A DNA stretch of 64,000 nt, taken from an uncultured virus (IMG/VR IMGVR_UViG_3300005294_000012). Lineage: Duplodnaviria > Heunggongvirae > Uroviricota > Caudoviricetes. The notes beneath the pieces were generated by a model. The model saw only the letters and a list, made by a program, of their open reading frames with translations. It ran no database searches and was not told where the DNA came from. The number at the start of each line of letters is the position of its first letter. The stretch's first letter is position 1. Position numbers and translations under genes: made by a program. The stretch is from the IMG/VR virus record IMGVR_UViG_3300005294_000012; one strand, given 5' to 3'. Positions 59,120-64,000 of this stretch are shown in pieces.

Positions 59120-60660
59120 ATGGCCAAACAAGACTTGCAGAACGGCATCGAGGACATCGTCAACATCCTCAGCGACCTCCCCAACGATCAGGTCAAGATC
59201 ATCGACCGCCTCGACACGATCACCGATCTGCTGCAGCGCATCGCAGTCGCCATGGAAACCCGCGAACTCCGCGAGGCTGGCCTCCCCAAGCACGCCGATC
59301 TCCTCCAGAAAGGGCGAGTGTCATGACCTTCCGCCGCACCCCGTTCATCCCGTACGACACCTCCAGCTGGACCGCTAGCCCGGAGTGCATGGACGTCAGC
59401 TACGCCGTCGCCCAAGAGCGCGCCCCCGAGGCTGGCGTCCCTCTCCGCCGCCCGACCGAGACCGACGAGGAGTACGCCGAGCGCAACGAGTCCGAGATCG
59501 AGATGACTCCCTGGACCGAGAACGAGCCCGAGACCTACGCCGAGACCCTGGGCCTCGACGACTACGACGTGGTGAACGACCGATGAAGCACTGGACCGAG
59601 GGCCGGATGAAGCTCCAGATGGTTGCGCTGGGGATGGCTGCGGTCCTTCTCGTCGTCACCATGGTTCCCGACGGCAAGCCCAGCATTATCGCCATCGTCT
59701 GCGCAGTCTCAGCACTCGTCAGCTGGGTCTCGAAACGCCTCTCCCTGTACGCCGAACTCCAAGACCAGGAGGACCAGTCATGACCCCCGAACAGCTCTCC
59801 AAGATCATCGCCGCATTCCCCAACGACTCCAAGCGCCATCACCACGCGCTGATCCGCCAGCTGGCGCAGCAGTGCTTGCAGTCAGGCTTCGAGGCCACCA
59901 TGCTCAAGGCTCATGTTGATGGCCTCCGCGCCGAGTTGGCCAAGAAGCCTGTCCCGTTCAAGGCCGATTGCGACGCAGCATGAAGCCCTGCGAAGTCTGC
60001 GGCAGCGATCACTGGGCCATATCGGTCCAGTGTTTCGTCTGTGAGCACAAGGTCAAGCCGCCGACCCAAGCTCAGATCATGATGGCCCGTCTGCACATCC
60101 AGCTGCACGCCGCCGGCGACGAGGAGATCACCGAGGGGATGTGGGCCATCGCCGGCTTACCGCTCGAGGTGCACACATGAGCTTTGAGGAGCAGATCAAG
60201 GACCTGCGCGAAGGCTGCCCGTGCTGGACCAACGGCGCCCGCCTCGGCCACGAGGGCCACTGCTGTTTCCTGATCGATGACCGCGAAGGCAAGCCGATCA
60301 GCCAGTGCTGGCGTGAAACCGACGACATTTGCCACGTGCCGCCGAAGGTGAAGCGTTGAAGCTCAGCAAGTCCTGCTCTCGGGGTTGGCACGGCAGATGC
60401 AGGGGCCTGATCTGGCCTCTCGGGCCCAAAGGCACCACGAACGTCCTGTGTCGCTGCACCTGCCACGAAGCGCATCCCACTACCGTGACCGAATGGCCAC
60501 CCGAGAACGCTCCCCGCGAACCGTCAAAACTATCGACACCGAGCTGGCCCAAGCGGCCTACCGGCGGATGATGCACGGCGACAACGAGATCTCGCGGCGC
60601 TCCAACATGAGCGCGATCGATGTTCTGTTGGATGAGCGTCTGCGCGTCGCCGGCCGATAG
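59120..60660 (+). other. Operon of about seven small hypothetical genes
   Basis: Coupled ORFs 59120-59326, 59323-59586, 59583-59783, 59780-59983, 59980-60180 and following. Confidence 0.55.
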
Positions 60661-60722
60661 CTGAGAAATTCCCGATAGCTTTCGATCGGAATATTCCTCT
60701 CGGCTCTGTGAAAGGGCACCAC

Positions 60723-61835
60723 ATGAAGCGATCGGGGCGCTTACGGCGCGTCTTCGCAGGCTTCGCAGTGATGGGGATTCTCGGCGGCGGCATCACTGCG
60801 CTGACCGAGACGCCAGCGTTCGCGGCATGGCCAGCGACCATCAAGATCTGTAACTCGACCTCCTCGGAAGACACCAACGGTGGCGGCACCGATGGCAAGA
60901 ACATCGACGTCGATCGGTTGCCAGGCAGCTCGTACGGCACCTACTCGAACGAGTTGCTGCCTGGCGACTGCACCGGGAACGTCAACGACCCGGCGAACGT
61001 CCGCATCGACGCGACCGACGACGGCGCGAACTACTCAGCCGCCGGCTCATTCCAGGTTGGAATCGACCAGGACGGCATCGACGACGGTCAAAGCACCTAC
61101 GACCCGGCATGCGCCAACACCGCCTCGATCAGCAATGAGAACGCCTACCCGGTGCCGCAGACCGCTGCGGAGCATGTCGTGGCCGGCTACGGCCTTGAGG
61201 TTCGCCTCCAGACTCGCACCTCGTGTGGTGCGGATGACCCGAACTTCGGGCGGATCTGCTCCGACTCTGGCAGCTACGACGACTTCGACGCTGAGGGCAT
61301 CGGCACGAACACCTACAACAACAACCTGCCTCCAGGTGAGTGCACGGCGTTCTTCCCGGTCGCAGCTGCCGGAACCGAAGGCACCGAGAACGAGTACGAG
61401 GCCAACCGGATGCTCGCCGACCTGTCGGACGACAACTCGGCTGGTGAGACGGTGGCGTACAAGTGGAAGGACAACTACCAGCAGACCACTCTCACGCACT
61501 GCGAGCAGACCTTCTCCACGGAGCTGGGCGGCACATCTGGCACCGGCTGGGATGTACCAGTCCAGCACGACCCCACCACCGGCGCCCTGGTCGCCGGTAA
61601 GACGGTGACGATTAAGACCTTCCTCGGCAATCAGGATCCTGACGAGGGAATCTGCGGTCTTGAGGCTCCGGTCGTGAGCTCGTTCGTGGACGAGAGCGCC
61701 TACGGCAAGGCGACTGACACCGACTACGCGGAGGGCCAGGGCACTGACCCGGGAGACAGCCTCCCCACAGAGCAGGTGACGTGGCCATACCAGACCACGA
61801 CCACCGAGCCTCTCGGCGAACCGGATGGGAGCTAG
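60723..61835 (+). CDS. Secreted acidic Cys-containing protein with internal duplication
   Basis: Signal peptide ending PAFA; two IC...TY.N.L.PG.CT units. Confidence 0.75.
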   Translation: MKRSGRLRRVFAGFAVMGILGGGITALTETPAFAAWPATIKICNSTSSEDTNGGGTDGKNIDVDRLPGSSYGTYSNELLPGDCTGNVNDPANVRIDATDDGANYSAAGSFQVGIDQDGIDDGQSTYDPACANTASISNENAYPVPQTAAEHVVAGYGLEVRLQTRTSCGADDPNFGRICSDSGSYDDFDAEGIGTNTYNNNLPPGECTAFFPVAAAGTEGTENEYEANRMLADLSDDNSAGETVAYKWKDNYQQTTLTHCEQTFSTELGGTSGTGWDVPVQHDPTTGALVAGKTVTIKTFLGNQDPDEGICGLEAPVVSSFVDESAYGKATDTDYAEGQGTDPGDSLPTEQVTWPYQTTTTEPLGEPDGS

Positions 61836-61838
61836 ATC

Positions 61839-62279
61839 ATGAATATCAAGAAGAGACTCCTCGCCCTGCTAGTGGCGATCCCGTTCTTGGCGATCATGAT
61901 CACCGGGATGACGGCGCCGGCAGCCTCGGCAGGCGACAACGCCTACACCGGCACGAAGTTCCTCTCGGTCGACTACGACATGATCAAGATGTGCCACAAC
62001 TGGGCGACGAACACCTGTTCGAGCACCTCGGGCAACAAGAAGTTCATCTGGAAGAACAGCAGCTACTACCGTTGCACCAGCACCAACCTCAATGCGTGCG
62101 GGTCCAACGCCTTCAACTGGAACGACAGCGACGGGTTCTACCTGCCTTCCGGCTGGAAGGCTGCGACCAACGTCATGGGCATTCCGACAGGCTGGGTGCA
62201 TTACGGCCTGTGGGATGGCTACTGGAACAAGGTTGGCGACTGCGGGTGCTGGAAGTACATCAAGAGGTACCCGAAGTAG
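61839..62279 (+). CDS. Secreted Cys/Trp-rich protein
   Basis: Signal peptide ending PAASA; 6 Cys, 8 Trp. Confidence 0.75.
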   Translation: MNIKKRLLALLVAIPFLAIMITGMTAPAASAGDNAYTGTKFLSVDYDMIKMCHNWATNTCSSTSGNKKFIWKNSSYYRCTSTNLNACGSNAFNWNDSDGFYLPSGWKAATNVMGIPTGWVHYGLWDGYWNKVGDCGCWKYIKRYPK

Positions 62280-62810
62280 GTGAATAAGCGCCTCTGGCTC
62301 GTAGGGGTGGCGGCGGTCCTGTTGTCCGCCGTCACCGCCGTGCTCATCTACGTGAACGCATCCAAAGACGACGGTAAGTGGCGGCCCGATCAGGAGAACT
62401 GGCCGCCCGCGCAAATTTGGGGACAAGGTGAGGAAGGCAAGGATCTGCCTGCCGACTTCACCCCACCGAGGCCGCAGATCGAGGTGCTGTGGTCCGCCTA
62501 TCGACCCGGGTTCAAGAAAGAGATCGACCGGGCGGGAGACGCTGGGGACTGTGCGGCTCTCAACAGATACTTCGATGACGCCGCCGCTACCGACACTCAG
62601 GACCGGCTAGCTCTAACCTACATCGACCGGTGGGGAATGCACTTGGAATGCCGCGAGTTCCTCGGGGACAGCGGTGACCCGTCCAAGCCCGTAGCTCCCG
62701 ACGCCTACATGATCTGCGAACCGGAGGGCAAGAAGGCCCAGACCCCAGGTGGGACCAAAGTGGTCTGCAAGAAAGGCGCTGACGGCTCGCTCCGCTGGCA
62801 GAAGAGGTGA
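62280..62810 (+). CDS. Membrane-anchored or secreted protein
   Basis: N-terminal hydrophobic segment; C-terminal C...G......G..VVC......LRW module. Confidence 0.7.
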   Translation: MNKRLWLVGVAAVLLSAVTAVLIYVNASKDDGKWRPDQENWPPAQIWGQGEEGKDLPADFTPPRPQIEVLWSAYRPGFKKEIDRAGDAGDCAALNRYFDDAAATDTQDRLALTYIDRWGMHLECREFLGDSGDPSKPVAPDAYMICEPEGKKAQTPGGTKVVCKKGADGSLRWQKR

Positions 62811-62977
62811 CGCAGATCACTTGCCGCCTCAGCGTTACCACAGGTAACGTGCTGTAACGGAAATGCGCACGGGGGAGCCGGCACTGTCGGCTGCATGGGG
62901 CGCCGCCTGTTGGGGGCGAGCTCGGGGGATGATTGGTGGGTCCGGCGATGTCAGGCCATGGCGCCGGACCCTTCCAA

Positions 62978-63050
62978 TCCTCGGTAGCTCAGCCGGCAGA
63001 GCGTCGGATTGTTAATCCGCAGGTCGCTGGTTCGAATCCAGCCCGGGGAG
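62978..63050 (+). tRNA. tRNA-Asn(GTT)
   Basis: TCCTCGG/CCGGGGA acceptor, GCTC/GAGC D arm, loop TTGTTAA, GCTGG-TTCGAAT-CCAGC T arm; CCA not encoded. Confidence 0.93.
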
Positions 63051-63066
63051 CCGTAACCTGATCAGC

Positions 63067-63348
63067 ATGGCAACCTTCAACCCGCTCAAGTCGGCAGACA
63101 ACGAGCCGGCGGAAGGCACCGAGTACGGCGGTCGGCCCGGATTCATCCAGCCCAAGTCTCTCGGCCACAACATCGACGCTCCTGATCATGTCGCCGAGAA
63201 GGTGGCGATCATCCACTTCGAGGCCTTCCATTCGGCCCAGGTGATGGAAGACCTGCCCCCGACTGACGAGCACTACGATGCCGTCCTGGAGCTCCAGACG
63301 TTGAGAGCCGCGCGACTCGGCGAGTACACGATCGAAGATGCGCTCTAG
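63067..63348 (+). CDS. Hypothetical protein
   Basis: ORF following the tRNA. Confidence 0.55.
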   Translation: MATFNPLKSADNEPAEGTEYGGRPGFIQPKSLGHNIDAPDHVAEKVAIIHFEAFHSAQVMEDLPPTDEHYDAVLELQTLRAARLGEYTIEDAL

Positions 63349-63395
63349 CTAGGTAAGCTCACCCGCGAGGCCATGATGGGGGAAAGGTCTCACGC

Positions 63396-64000
63396 ATGCC
63401 CACGGTCAAGATGATCAACCCGGTGACCTTTGACGAGATCACCGTTGACGGCGGACAAGCCGATTACTGGGCCAACAAAGGCTGGGTCCAGATCCTCAAC
63501 ACTCCGGACGGGGTCTTCTGGGGTACCCCAGGGGCCAATCCGGTGGTCGCCCGCCCCTTGATCGAAAAGCTGCAGTCCGCCACCGAGTACGCGGCTGTGG
63601 CCGTGTTTGGCGACAACTCGGCGAACGCCAACACCGAGTGGTTCTTCCAGCTGATGCAGTGGCTGACGCTGAAATTCCCGGCCTACTCGGTCACCCATCT
63701 CAGCTGGAACGACACCCTGCAGTTCTGGGACAACCTCAGCCAGGCCGCTGGGATCAACTACCAGATGCAAACCGGTACCGCCGGCGACGCGTACGTCGAT
63801 TTCACCGGCGCCGGCACTCTGACCACCCCCAACGTTGCCGCACTGCAACTCACCGGCAGCCTGGACATCCGGGTCAAGGCCCGCGCCAACGACTGGACGC
63901 CGGCAGCCAACATGGTGCTCACCTCCAAGTACGGTGCCGCCGGCCAGCGCAGCTGGCGCTTCTACCTCTCCACAGCTGGCAATCTGATCCTGGAAGTCAG
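63396..64000 (+). CDS. Partial virion-type protein (SGNH-like start plus LamG-like domain), runs off the window
   Basis: My translation: MPTVKMINP...AVFGDNSAN...LQLTGSLDIRVKARANDWTP...QRSWRFYL, no stop. Confidence 0.65.
   Translation, partial: MPTVKMINPVTFDEITVDGGQADYWANKGWVQILNTPDGVFWGTPGANPVVARPLIEKLQSATEYAAVAVFGDNSANANTEWFFQLMQWLTLKFPAYSVTHLSWNDTLQFWDNLSQAAGINYQMQTGTAGDAYVDFTGAGTLTTPNVAALQLTGSLDIRVKARANDWTPAANMVLTSKYGAAGQRSWRFYLSTAGNLILEV

Overview
High-GC tailed phage (siphovirus-type, probably actinobacterial host), almost entirely on the + strand and probably close to a whole circularly permuted genome. Gene order: accessory virion fibre module (1-3381, apparently starting again at 63396); TerL-portal-MuF-scaffold-capsid-neck-tail-tape measure-minor tail genes (4163-23828); holin-like genes with no visible endolysin; a non-coding control region (24700-25830); early genes; a replication block (SNF2 helicase, Cas4-like nuclease, MazG, AAA ATPase, SSB-like protein, primase-helicase, DnaE, RuvC-like resolvase); a candidate origin (~49050-49250); and an accessory arm. 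I see no integrase, CRISPR array or reverse transcriptase. Most unusual items: (1) an 80-nt RNA at 27780-27859 that looks like a tmRNA reduced to its tRNA-like domain, with no tag ORF; (2) a second, portal-less TerS-TerL pair with an apparently inactivated Walker B, lying between a membrane FtsK/TraB-like ATPase and membrane-protein genes; (3) a ~540-nt hairpin-rich non-coding transcript whose promoter shares a 16-bp box with the mini-tmRNA promoter; (4) an alternating-CG island; (5) a +1 (UUU-CGU) tail-chaperone frameshift. All family assignments come from motifs recognised by eye; no searches were run.
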